Shown: positions 7,290 to 16,441 of the stretch, in pieces
Layout: each line of letters opens with the position of its first letter
Numbering within the stretch: position 1 is the first letter of the stretch
Assembly (NCBI RefSeq): GCF_000148385.1
Contig: NC_014537.1
Span: 120,001 to 152,000, forward strand
Direction of reading: 5' to 3'
From: Vulcanisaeta distributa DSM 14429
GTDB lineage: Archaea; Thermoproteota; Thermoprotei; Thermoproteales; Thermocladiaceae
Length of the DNA stretch: 32,000 bases
The notes under the pieces: model-generated
Databases searched by the model: none
What the model saw: only the letters and a program-made list of their open reading frames with translations
Told to the model about the DNA's origin: nothing
Made by a program: the position numbers and the translations under genes

Positions 7290-7820
7290 TCACCTCCTCA
7301 CCAGTGCCAGGGCTGCGATTATGATCAGTGGTATGAGCCACGGGGCCAGTTCAGAGGCCACGGCAACAACCACCGCAATGCCAACCGCAACGCCGAGGAG
7401 GAGTAGCACAGCCCTCCTGGCGCCCTCCCTCCTACGCCTAGCCTCAACCTCATTGATCTTGTCAATGATCAACCACCTAAGCCTAGCCTCAACAGCCCCG
7501 ACCTCACGCCTAACAACATCAACGACGCTGGGTTGATTAGATTGACTACTAATCAACCGCCTAAGCTCGTTGATTTCCTCGCCAAGCTCATCAAGCCTCC
7601 TAACGACGTCATTAATACTGCCCGACCCAACCTCGTTAAGCAACTGCCTCCTCAAATCCTCAATCTCCCTAACGAGGATCTTAACAACCTCTTTCCTAAC
7701 ACTCTCCAAGCTCCTGGACCTCATTGAGTCTAGGTAATCAAGCAACTCCTCCCTAAACTCCCCAAGCCTCCTATCAACATACTCCCTAAGCCTCATGAAC
7801 TCTTCATCACCCTCCATCAA
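7290..7820 (-). CDS. coiled-coil protein with a C-terminal TM anchor
   Basis: 176-aa ORF with E/R/L-rich heptad-like sequence, then LLLLGVAVGIAVVVAVASELAPWLIPLIIIAALAL. It overlaps the upstream ORF by 14 nt. Confidence 0.6.
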   Translation of the reverse strand: MMEGDEEFMRLREYVDRRLGEFREELLDYLDSMRSRSLESVRKEVVKILVREIEDLRRQLLNEVGSGSINDVVRRLDELGEEINELRRLISSQSNQPSVVDVVRREVGAVEARLRWLIIDKINEVEARRRREGARRAVLLLLGVAVGIAVVVAVASELAPWLIPLIIIAALALVRR

Positions 7821-8073
7821 TAATCACCTTCCTGATTATCATCTTGCCTTTACTCTTGTGGACAATTTCGTAACCCTCCTCGTAAAGTATCGCAGGCAAA
7901 TACTGGCTTAGTGCAATCATTACGCTGGTAATGATGTTTTCCGGCAAATACCTACTCATGAACCGCCTAACCCTTGCAGTGGTTATTTTGTACGTCTTGC
8001 CACCATCATTACGTCGAATATTCACCCTATATTTCTCAAGCTCCTCATCCAGAAATTTCTTGAACAACCTCAC
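7807..8073 (-). CDS. small basic hypothetical protein
   Basis: 88-aa ORF with a GTG start. It is preceded by a ~130-nt GC-rich leader containing repeat E2. Confidence 0.45.
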   Translation of the reverse strand: MRLFKKFLDEELEKYRVNIRRNDGGKTYKITTARVRRFMSRYLPENIITSVMIALSQYLPAILYEEGYEIVHKSKGKMIIRKVIIDGG

Positions 8074-8140
8074 CGCGATACCTGCGTACTTTGGTTCATA
8101 ATCATGCCTGCGGGCCTGCGGTGGGCCTGGGGCACCCTTG

Positions 8141-8200
8141 AATCACCCCCAACCCTCCACCCGGGCCAAGCCCAGGTGGTTTGGTCAGGGGCTCATCACC
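8141..8200 (-). repeat. GC-rich hairpin leader repeat, copy E2
   Basis: aatcacccccaaccctccacccgggccaagcccaggtggtttggtcaggggctcatcacc aligns with 5449-5507. In the minus sense it begins GGUGAUGAGCCCCUGACC, which contains C-box-like and D-box-like strings. Confidence 0.6.
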
Positions 8201-8224
8201 TCCACTAATAATAGAATAATTTGA

Positions 8225-8232
8225 ATTTAAGG
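8225..8232 (-). promoter_or_regulatory. TATA box (sense CTTAAATT, preceded by CCCCGC)
   Basis: Located ~150 nt upstream of the GTG at 8073. It predicts a transcript starting at the 5' edge of repeat E2. Confidence 0.4.
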
Positions 8233-8237
8233 CGGGG

Positions 8238-8747
8238 TTAGTAGAGCTTGACCCTGCATGGTATTGACCCTCTATACCTATTGGCTAGGTCCCTATCCGC
8301 GTTGTAGCCCGAGGCCCTCAGCATTGCGTGGATTGCATATGACGCCTTCGGCCTTCCCATCCTCACCCAATTCCTGGCCACGATATTTAGTACTCCGTGT
8401 AAGTAAGCAATGTTCCTAATAATGCCCTCGGCACCCACAGCCTTAAACGGCGTTATGTGGGGGTCGGCGTTGACGACTTTGAAGGCATACCTCGGAATCC
8501 CAACTCTCCCCAGGAGGTGCGTTACCAGTGCCATGTAGTGGCTTGGGTACGCGGTCAAGGGTTTAATGCCCTGCCTAATTAAGTCTGTGAGTCCATGTAA
8601 GTCCTCCACACTAATGACTGCATGTTTAATGCTACTTACGGCAATTGCACAGTCATCCATGTCAACGTCAGCAACGCCAACCACGGCCTTACCGCAGAAT
8701 AACAACTCCCTAGGCTCTATGTAGAAGGCTAGGGCCTCCCAACGCAT
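8238..8747 (-). CDS. hypothetical protein
   Basis: 169-aa ORF with an ATG start. It overlaps the upstream ATPase gene by 19 nt, which suggests translational coupling. Confidence 0.6.
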   Translation of the reverse strand: MRWEALAFYIEPRELLFCGKAVVGVADVDMDDCAIAVSSIKHAVISVEDLHGLTDLIRQGIKPLTAYPSHYMALVTHLLGRVGIPRYAFKVVNADPHITPFKAVGAEGIIRNIAYLHGVLNIVARNWVRMGRPKASYAIHAMLRASGYNADRDLANRYRGSIPCRVKLY

Positions 8748-10066
8748 TCCCAGACACCCTCAAGCCTATCCTTCATCTTCGCATCAGTGAAGCCAGACTC
8801 CCTAATCACGTCGAGCCTAACTCCATGAGCCTCGGCGCATTTCCTAAGCGTTGTTGTGCCTGTCTTTGGCTTTATTGTTGGGTCTACCTCGACGGTTAGT
8901 AGGTTGTATGGCTCCCTGTGCTCGTTCCTCATTTGCCTGTTGGTTATGTGTATGTGCATGACGGCGGTCAGTGGGTTCTCCCAGTGTGCCGGTGGTATGG
9001 CGCTCCAGGTCTTCTCTGCATTGTAGTACACGTCCCTACCATAGTGGGCCTTGAAGCCAGGCTCCCTGAAGATTATGTTCTCGGGGTTGAAGTACAGTGT
9101 TGGGAACTCAATGAATAGCTTATTCATGCTTATGAACTCCCTGGGTATGTCGAATGGGCTTTGGGTGATTAGGGCGAAGTACCTCCCGTAGTTCCTACCA
9201 ACCCTGACACTGGTTGTCAACGTCGACTCACCAAGCCTGAAGTATAGGTGGGCCTCATCAATCACAAGGATCAGGTCCCTGGCCTGCATGGAGTTCAGTA
9301 TAGCCAGGAGCGACAGCACGTAGAACCAACGCTGGACCGGCGAGAACCAGCTTAGGTCAATGCCTATGGATTTACCCCTCAACCCACCATTGATTAAGCG
9401 ATTAATCAGTGGGTGGGTCCTACCAAAGAGCCAGTGGTTGAAGTAGGTGAGCCTCCTAATCAAGCCCCTGGCGCTGTTAACCTCGTCCTCCCTAGCCAAG
9501 GCACCGCCACTGACCAAGTCATTGAGGTGCTTAATCAACCCACTAATCGATACCTCACCAACAGCCCTGCCCCTATCGGAAACGGCCTGCGGTATAGGTT
9601 GATTGCCCAATTGATCGTCTGCCTGGCCAGTTAATTCGCCGTAAGCCCTCATGAACATGTACTCCATCGCAGGGGTCATTACGTAGGGCAGTCTCGGGAA
9701 CCTCATGGTGAGGACCTCCTCAATCACATCCAAAGCCTCAATATCACTCAGGTAATCCAGCGGGTTTAGTGGGTACGGCGCGTAGTAGTCGGTGTAGCCC
9801 TCGTAGGTGCCGGCGGCGTCGAAGACCACGACCGCGTAGTCGCAGGGCACGCTCATCAGGGCATTCTTAATGAGCGTGGTCTTCCCAGTCCCAATTGAGC
9901 CGAAGATCAGTGCATGCGTCTCATCAAGGACCATGAAGTGGAATAGGTGCCTAGCCGGGTCATTAATCATGTCCCTAAGGCTCGGCCTGCACGGGTCATC
10001 CCGACCAGCAGAACCCACTTGACCAACCTGCTGGTTAATCCGCCCTTGTCTCCTTATGAACATCAC
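8729..10066 (-). CDS. HerA/VirB4/TraG-type (DUF87-like) P-loop NTPase, soluble
   Basis: Walker A IFGSIGTGKTT, Walker B LILVIDEAHLYF, and ALITQSP. No TM segment. An ATG at 10063 is an alternative start. Confidence 0.75.
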   Translation of the reverse strand: MMFIRRQGRINQQVGQVGSAGRDDPCRPSLRDMINDPARHLFHFMVLDETHALIFGSIGTGKTTLIKNALMSVPCDYAVVVFDAAGTYEGYTDYYAPYPLNPLDYLSDIEALDVIEEVLTMRFPRLPYVMTPAMEYMFMRAYGELTGQADDQLGNQPIPQAVSDRGRAVGEVSISGLIKHLNDLVSGGALAREDEVNSARGLIRRLTYFNHWLFGRTHPLINRLINGGLRGKSIGIDLSWFSPVQRWFYVLSLLAILNSMQARDLILVIDEAHLYFRLGESTLTTSVRVGRNYGRYFALITQSPFDIPREFISMNKLFIEFPTLYFNPENIIFREPGFKAHYGRDVYYNAEKTWSAIPPAHWENPLTAVMHIHITNRQMRNEHREPYNLLTVEVDPTIKPKTGTTTLRKCAEAHGVRLDVIRESGFTDAKMKDRLEGVWECVGRP

Positions 10067-10910
10067 TACTCCAGCCTAACCGCCTTATAAGGGTTAGTGC
10101 CTTTGTCGTTGCTCTTACGGTCATGTCGCTTGGGTTGAAAACCACATATCCCATCGACAGTGCCTTTATCACGGCTTCCTGACCAACTAAGTCCCCCAGC
10201 GCCTTCAACGTCGCCACGCCGCCCAAGTCCTTGATTAGGACCTCGACGGCATTAACCACGTCATTGCTGACCCAAGCCTCGGTGGGCTCAGCGAGGCTGA
10301 ACTGCCTCGCCGGAACCTCAACAAACCTCCTACTAACCCCAATGACCTCAACCCTACTGTTGAATTCCGTGGTCTCCCTAAGCTCGTCAATCCTCGGGAT
10401 CCTAACCAACCTCCTAATGACTTCATCGAAAATGAACACCCTATTAACATCAAAGACGCTTGAGTGCACCGCAATGTCTATGCCCAGGGCCTTTAACTGA
10501 GCCAGTGCATCAGTGAGCCTAGGCCATAAATCCGAGTAGAACTCCACATTAACCCTCAATGAGGATGCAAGGGCCAAGCCAATTATTGTACTGATGGGCT
10601 CGATGATCGATATCGGGGCTGAGTGGAGTATGGCCTTGAGCTCATCCGTGTTGAACTCACTGGTGAATTTAACGCTTGCTGGCATTGCGAATCCACAGTC
10701 CTCAAAGACCTGGCTCAACGACTCTAGGTGAGTCGAGTCGCAGTTGATGTTTAACTCACGGAACACCCTATTGATTAGGGCCTTACCCAAGGCATTGAGC
10801 CTCGCATCAGGCACGCCACTAAGAGCCCTGGCATCCCCGGTGAACCTAAAGGTCACCCCAGTCGTTATCCCACCATAATCAAGCCTACCGAGGACAAGCC
10901 TAAGCATCAT
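10035..10910 (-). CDS. hypothetical protein, possible C-terminal winged-helix
   Basis: 291-aa ORF. It begins 14 nt after the stop of the 1444-aa gene and overlaps the downstream ATPase gene by 32 nt. Confidence 0.6.
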   Translation of the reverse strand: MMLRLVLGRLDYGGITTGVTFRFTGDARALSGVPDARLNALGKALINRVFRELNINCDSTHLESLSQVFEDCGFAMPASVKFTSEFNTDELKAILHSAPISIIEPISTIIGLALASSLRVNVEFYSDLWPRLTDALAQLKALGIDIAVHSSVFDVNRVFIFDEVIRRLVRIPRIDELRETTEFNSRVEVIGVSRRFVEVPARQFSLAEPTEAWVSNDVVNAVEVLIKDLGGVATLKALGDLVGQEAVIKALSMGYVVFNPSDMTVRATTKALTLIRRLGWSSDVHKETRAD

Positions 10911-10924
10911 TAAAGGTTACTCAA

Positions 10925-13900
10925 TCACTTATTAGGCTGGTCACCCACGTACCTCCCCAAGCCATCAATGAGGGCCTCAGCAACCACCACGGCCTCCATC
11001 AAGTTCACCACCTTAAGCCCAAGTTCCGCATCCCTAAACTCATTAATTATCCTGCCCAGTGAGTCCCTTAGGGCGTTTATTGAGGACCTCAACAGCTGTA
11101 TCCTGAGGTCGACGGCGCCGGTGTGGGAGAGGGCGTTGAGTGCGTTGTTGACGGCGCCCAAGGCACTCCCATAAATCGCCAACCTCCTCCTCAACTCACC
11201 AACCTCCCCACTCAGCTCCTCAGCCCCACCAAGACCCCCACTACCCACTAAATCACTTAACTTAGCCTCCAAGTCCCTAAGCCTACCCCTCAGCTCATCA
11301 ACCTCACTACTCAACCTACTCGCCAAGCCCCTCAGCATTACCTCAGCCTCGCCAACCGCGTAGTCCCTTACCTGACTCAGCACTTCAATCGCCAGCCTCG
11401 GTGGCATGTACCTGGCCAGCAAGTGCCTAAGCCCATCATCACTGATTGAGTCCACTCCAATAAACCCACCCCTAACGTGCTTAGCCTGGTCGCTACTCAG
11501 GACGAGACCCCACAGGTCTTTATGGAACTCCCTAAAGACGTCACTGTTCGGCTTAGCCATCGACGCCTTGATTACGAGGTCCCTGGCCACACCCTCGACA
11601 GACTCCATGTCAACAAACCCATCCTCGTGAAGCGCCCTCAAAGCCCTTGCCAAGGCCTTCAGCTCGCCTGGCCCAATCCTAAGCCTACCATACTCCTCAC
11701 TGAATGACTGCCACTCAATGGCCCTGTTAACGTCGACACCCAACTCACTGAGTAGCTCCAGTAGGGCAACCAGCGGCTGCTTGCGGATTGAGTCCGCGTA
11801 GTCGATTAGGCCTATTACCGAAGCCCTACCGCCAACGCTCAACCTATTAATCACACCATCCCTAGCGGTCACCGCAAGGTGCAACCTAACGACGGAGTCT
11901 ACGAGGAGGTCACTCCTCACAATCGAGGCAATCCTGGGGAATACCTCACTAAATGACTTATCACCAACCAACGCATCAACACCATGCCTAAGCAACCCAC
12001 CATACTCCCCCATAAACCTCCCAAACTCCATAAACCCCCTGACCTGCTCCCTAACCCACCCTCCATAATTAACATTCCTGAGGAACTCACCAATAGCCAT
12101 TGGTAGGGCCTCCTTAACGGCGGCCCCCCAAGCCCTCGACTCAAGGGCCTCCCTGAACCTAGCCCCAACGAATGGGCTTAGGGCCTTCGTGAGCTCCCTA
12201 ACACTGAGCCTGTTAATGATCATCAAATCCTCACTACTTGCACCACCGCTCAACGCCTTGTTAATGCGCTCGGTGTGCCTAACCCACCAGCTATTAATCA
12301 CCTCAATTGCCTTGGCATCATCCCTAAACGCCTCAAGGAGTGGCTTGAGGACGTCACGGCTTAGGGCCACGCCACCCCTAAGGTTATGGAGGGCGTCAAT
12401 GATTAGCTTAACATCGCCCCTGGCTAACTCCCTAACCTGCCTATCCCTCATGTGCTTGGACATTAACTCCCTAGCCCTGTTGCCCAGGGCTTTGTCTAGG
12501 AGCTCCCTGGCCCTACCATGCTCAACACCCATTAATTGGCTTAGCTCAACAAGCCTATGGAGTTCACCGTTAATTAGGGCATTGATCACACCCTTAACCT
12601 CACTAAGCCTCCTAATGCCAGTTAATGCCTTGCCGTGGAGCTCCCTAACGTACGGAGTTAGGGCGATGGCCAACAACCTAGCCGAGTCAAGCCTTGAGTT
12701 CTTAACGACCAAGCCCTTACCCCCACCAAGCCAGTACTTACTAACTAAAGACTCCATCAAACCCCTAAGCCTCGGGTCTTTGACAGCCTTAACCTCAAAG
12801 GGCCTTGGCATACTCAAGGATGCAAAGGCGTCCTCCACAGCCCTCTTGATGCCAATCCTCCTGGCAACAGCCCTAGTCACCAGGTGGGCCGGCAGGTCAT
12901 CCCCAGCCCCACCACCGCGGCTGTAAACCCTCCTATCCAGTACGGCACCACCCCTAAACCTAAGCCCAACAACCTCATGAAGCCTACCCCTCATCCCAGC
13001 CTCCCTCCATATTGGGTACTCCCCAACAAACGAAGCCACACCCGCGCCAACCCTGGCCAGCCCAGCCAAGGCACGCCTATGCCGCTGCCCATAAACCACC
13101 GCCTTACCCCTAAGCATGCTCTCCACATCCTCCATCGCGGCACTCACCGGCCTAGCCAGTGGGCTTGGGTCCCAGGGGCTCGGTAGGTGGCGGCTCAGCC
13201 TACGCCAGGCTGGGTGGTTAGGCCTAGAACCCCTCAACGCACTGACCGCCTTAGCGAATTCATGGTGTATAACCATCAACGGCCCAACAACCCCACCAAG
13301 CCTCCCACCTCTACGCATCCTCAATGCGACGCCCTCCCTAAGCCCCCTAACCCTCGAAGCCACTGACGACCTAACCCTCCTAAAAAGCCTACCAAGGACT
13401 CTGCTAACGCCAGCAACCCTTAGGTAGAGTATTAGGGATAGGTCCATGACCACGTTGCTCAGTACCGACCATGCTGGGCTTAGTGGTGTTGGGAGGTTGG
13501 CGATCCACATTGCCGCATCCAATAAGCCGAGTATTGCGACGGCTTCAGCGAGCCACTTGGGTATGAAGTAGCCGACACCGAGTAGCAAGCCGTTGAAGTA
13601 TGACCAGCCGGTGAGTAGTCTTTGGGAGCCAACCACCATGGAGTTTATGACCCAGGTGGTGCTCGGCGTCAAGCCTATTGGGTCCGTGCCGAACCATGGG
13701 TTGTTTATGTTGCCGATTATCGTTATTACCCCCGGCACCGTCACCGTCTCATTGGAGTGATTGATACATGTTACCGTGATCTCCACCTGGCTATACCCAA
13801 CCGGCTCCGGGTTTGGAAGTGCCAGGCTGAGGTTCCTACCCATTCCCGTGATCTCCCTGCCGATGGTTACCTCCTCATTGATCTTACTGACTAGGTCCCT

Positions 13901-15256
13901 TAGCTCACTCTCCTCATCGTTGATGCTCACCGTTCTGTAGAGTGTGCTGTTCAGCACCGAGTATTGGCATGTCGTTGAGTTTCCGACCCTGGTTGGCACG
14001 TTGATTAACGCATCGCCCGCGAAGTACCAAAGCGTTGCAGACGCCACCCCTGGAAAGCACTCCCCATGCGTCACGCCTGTCCTTGGGTTCGTCACGTTTA
14101 TGCACCGCATTGGTGGTACGTTGATTGTGAAGTTTATGGCTGCGGTGTTATTCCCATTAAGCACTGAGTACTTGCTTGGCGAATCAAGCCACTGCCAGGC
14201 GCCGGTGTAGAGGGTTGAGCCGTTTAGCGTTGCAGTTACTACGTTGAATGGTGGGTTGCCGAACTCAATGACCTCCGCGTAGGTGGCGTTACTGCTTAGG
14301 TAAGCCGCTGAGTCGCATGGCTCCGCAGTGCTTTGGTTGCCTGCGTAGGTTAGGAGTAGGCAGTCATGGCCTGGGTTTACCAGTAACCACAGGAATGTTG
14401 TGTTGGTTATCTCCGGAGTGCCGAAGGCATTAATTGGAGTCACAGACCCAGTGAATGCGGTGAAGCCACTCACTGGGTACTCAGTGAGTGCCACAGACCT
14501 GCCAATGACCGTGTAATTCACCCCATAGAGCACCCCACCGACCAAGTACGGGTACGGGCTGCCTAGGATCAAGAAGCCCCTGACCACGGCGTTAGGTGCG
14601 TTTTGGGTGAGCCAATTCATTAGGGCCGTGGTCTCATTCATTAATTGATTTTTCGAGGCAATCATCGCGTCTTTAGCCGCGATCGTTGTTATGAAGAGTA
14701 TGGTTAAGGTGACGATGAACAAAGCCGCGCCAGCCGCCCTAGTCCTATCCATGACCATCAAGGCCGCGGCGATGCCGATGACCAATGGGGCGATTGCGTA
14801 GCTGAACCAGGCCAGGTAGGCGATGGTGTGTAGCACAGCCGTCATAACCTGGGCGACATGCATCACTGCAAAGATTACGTCGGCGATTGGGTCGATGATG
14901 AAGCCAAGGCCCTGGATCACCGTGAACCCCTGAAGCGGGATTGCACCAATGCCGAGGGTGCTTATTACTGCTACCACATTGAGTACCGTCATGCCCACAG
15001 CCCAGGCAAGGCCTGCGTAGGCACTCGAGTAGTAGACCAGGGACCAATCACCAACCAAGCCCTCCACCTCACGGTAGAGGATTAAGTATGTCGGTGAGCC
15101 GGGGGGTGCAATGCCGAGTAATGTGGGTAGTGCATAGGCTAGGATTAAGGCAGTGCCGGCAGCAATGAACCTCCTAACCCCAACACCACCCCTAACCACC
15201 CCGTAAATCATTACCACCAAGCCCTCAATAAGTAATGCGTAGCCGAGTGGATCCAT
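10925..15256 (-). CDS. giant membrane protein: N-terminal polytopic domain, glycosylated ectodomain, further TM helices, then an ~850-aa helical / coiled-coil cytoplasmic domain
   Basis: 1444-aa ORF (ATG at 15256; the track uses TTG at 15259). About 6 TM helices in the first 200 aa. More than 12 N-x-S/T sequons between aa ~240 and 520. More TM helices near aa 560-620, then Arg/Leu/Glu-rich helical sequence. A TATA box lies 21 nt upstream. Confidence 0.8.
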   Translation of the reverse strand: MDPLGYALLIEGLVVMIYGVVRGGVGVRRFIAAGTALILAYALPTLLGIAPPGSPTYLILYREVEGLVGDWSLVYYSSAYAGLAWAVGMTVLNVVAVISTLGIGAIPLQGFTVIQGLGFIIDPIADVIFAVMHVAQVMTAVLHTIAYLAWFSYAIAPLVIGIAAALMVMDRTRAAGAALFIVTLTILFITTIAAKDAMIASKNQLMNETTALMNWLTQNAPNAVVRGFLILGSPYPYLVGGVLYGVNYTVIGRSVALTEYPVSGFTAFTGSVTPINAFGTPEITNTTFLWLLVNPGHDCLLLTYAGNQSTAEPCDSAAYLSSNATYAEVIEFGNPPFNVVTATLNGSTLYTGAWQWLDSPSKYSVLNGNNTAAINFTINVPPMRCINVTNPRTGVTHGECFPGVASATLWYFAGDALINVPTRVGNSTTCQYSVLNSTLYRTVSINDEESELRDLVSKINEEVTIGREITGMGRNLSLALPNPEPVGYSQVEITVTCINHSNETVTVPGVITIIGNINNPWFGTDPIGLTPSTTWVINSMVVGSQRLLTGWSYFNGLLLGVGYFIPKWLAEAVAILGLLDAAMWIANLPTPLSPAWSVLSNVVMDLSLILYLRVAGVSRVLGRLFRRVRSSVASRVRGLREGVALRMRRGGRLGGVVGPLMVIHHEFAKAVSALRGSRPNHPAWRRLSRHLPSPWDPSPLARPVSAAMEDVESMLRGKAVVYGQRHRRALAGLARVGAGVASFVGEYPIWREAGMRGRLHEVVGLRFRGGAVLDRRVYSRGGGAGDDLPAHLVTRAVARRIGIKRAVEDAFASLSMPRPFEVKAVKDPRLRGLMESLVSKYWLGGGKGLVVKNSRLDSARLLAIALTPYVRELHGKALTGIRRLSEVKGVINALINGELHRLVELSQLMGVEHGRARELLDKALGNRARELMSKHMRDRQVRELARGDVKLIIDALHNLRGGVALSRDVLKPLLEAFRDDAKAIEVINSWWVRHTERINKALSGGASSEDLMIINRLSVRELTKALSPFVGARFREALESRAWGAAVKEALPMAIGEFLRNVNYGGWVREQVRGFMEFGRFMGEYGGLLRHGVDALVGDKSFSEVFPRIASIVRSDLLVDSVVRLHLAVTARDGVINRLSVGGRASVIGLIDYADSIRKQPLVALLELLSELGVDVNRAIEWQSFSEEYGRLRIGPGELKALARALRALHEDGFVDMESVEGVARDLVIKASMAKPNSDVFREFHKDLWGLVLSSDQAKHVRGGFIGVDSISDDGLRHLLARYMPPRLAIEVLSQVRDYAVGEAEVMLRGLASRLSSEVDELRGRLRDLEAKLSDLVGSGGLGGAEELSGEVGELRRRLAIYGSALGAVNNALNALSHTGAVDLRIQLLRSSINALRDSLGRIINEFRDAELGLKVVNLMEAVVVAEALIDGLGRYVGDQPNK

Positions 15257-15276
15257 CAATTAATGAGGCAAGGCAA

Positions 15277-15284
15277 TTAATAAG
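15277..15284 (-). promoter_or_regulatory. TATA box (sense CTTATTAA) of the 1444-aa gene
   Basis: 21 nt from ATG 15256. Confidence 0.5.
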
Positions 15285-15321
15285 GCAACCAATGAAGGGA
15301 AACCACAGACAAGAAACAAAC

Positions 15322-16109
15322 CCTCCAATATTCCATTGAAATCTTCATACCTATCCTCATTCGCCGAATCAAGACTCCAGGCTGGGCTCTAACTTTCAAT
15401 ATTCTATTGAAATCTTCGCTACATAACCGTATGGGTGTGGGACTCTATGGCGGAAATGTACCTTTCAATATTCTATATGAAATCTTCTCCCTGATTGAGG
15501 TGAGGTATGAGTCAATGCCTGGCGATATAATACTTTCAATATTCTATTGAAATCTTCCGTTCCATATCATTGCCCTTTTCAACTTTGGCATCATGAGGAT
15601 CTTTCAATATTCTATTGAAATCTTCTGAGGATGGACTACAAATCAGGCTGTTCAAGGGAAGGAAGTACTTTCAATATTCTATTGAAATCTTCCAAATTGT
15701 GTGCTATAAAGTCGGGGAAGATGCATTTAATGGAGACCTTTCAATATTCTATTGAAATCTTCACAAGGATATAGAATAGTAAGGGCGAGTGAGGCATTAT
15801 TACAAAGGGCTTTCAATATTCTATTGAAATCTTCTGCGGAGATGAACGATGCAGGTGTGTGGCAGAAACGCTCAAGCTTTCAATATTCTATTGAAATCTT
15901 CGTGACTGGAGGCTTGCCTCGAGTGTTGGCTTGAGGGTTATCACCTTTCAATATTCTATTGAAATCTTCCCGGGGACGTACAACGGCACGGTCATGGTCG
16001 CCGGCTACCAAGCCTTTCAATATTCTATTGAAATCTTCCAGGGAAAGCATTGCTAATGTTTTTATCAGCGCATAATGGCATCGTCTTTCAATATTCTATT
16101 GAAATCTTC
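15322..16109 (-). CRISPR. CRISPR array with 12 repeats and 11 spacers; no cas genes in the window
   Basis: 25-bp repeat, plus strand CTTTCAATATTCTATTGAAATCTTC. Repeat starts: 15322 (degenerate, 3 mismatches), 15393, 15462 (1-nt insertion), 15533, 15601, 15668, 15738, 15810, 15877, 15945, 16014, 16085. Spacers are 42-47 bp and all unique. The minus-strand form GAAGATTTCAATAGAATATTGAAAG ends in ATTGAAAG. The degenerate repeat is at the low-coordinate end, while a TATA box and a non-coding leader are at the high-coordinate end. Confidence 0.95.
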
Positions 16110-16441
16110 CGGTGCGTTTGTTTATTTAGGTCTTTTTAAGTTTTTCTTCTTGGTGTTTTGGTGCCGTTGGAACGTCTTTCTGCTCTTAATTGCTGTGGCT
16201 CGTGCTTGTTTTCACGGTGTTTAAGTGGAATTGAATTGTTGTTCCCACGGAATTTCTACTCCGCCTAACCGAGCCTGTTCCAATGGTGTTTTATGCATTG
16301 TGAATTGGTGGGTGTGCATGGGACCATACACGCGGTGTGGTTTTGGGTCGTGTGTGGCTTGGTGAAAAACACTCCATGGGCTGTGCATGGTGCCGTGAAT
16401 TTTGCCCTGCCTTGGGTTCTTGGTTTCATGCCCTGAACCCT
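16110..16441 (-). promoter_or_regulatory. CRISPR leader region
   Basis: 332-bp non-coding tract between the ATPase stop (16442) and the first repeat. Strong G/T skew on the plus strand. The only ORF here (16221..16568) is His/Thr-rich and overlaps the ATPase gene. Confidence 0.6.
16132..16140 (-). promoter_or_regulatory. TATA box (sense CTTAAAAAG) driving the CRISPR array
   Basis: Its edge is 23 nt from the first repeat (16109). It belongs to the same box family as the gene promoters, so the predicted transcript starts at or next to the first repeat. Confidence 0.55.

Noticed and set aside
12189-12926. 245-aa Leu/Ser-rich plus-strand ORF, and many other 60-110 aa ORFs antisense to the large minus-strand genes
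   Set aside because: These are typical shadow ORFs opposite long, strongly biased coding frames. They are low complexity with no motifs or promoters.
15752-15934. 60-aa plus-strand ORF
   Set aside because: It spans three CRISPR repeats and spacers, so it is an artefact of the array.
16248-16272. Dyad TTCC-CAC-GGAA in the CRISPR leader, resembling a mini-ORB replication-origin box
   Set aside because: It is a single copy only, with no flanking AT-rich unwinding element or orc1/cdc6 gene. Too short to distinguish from chance.
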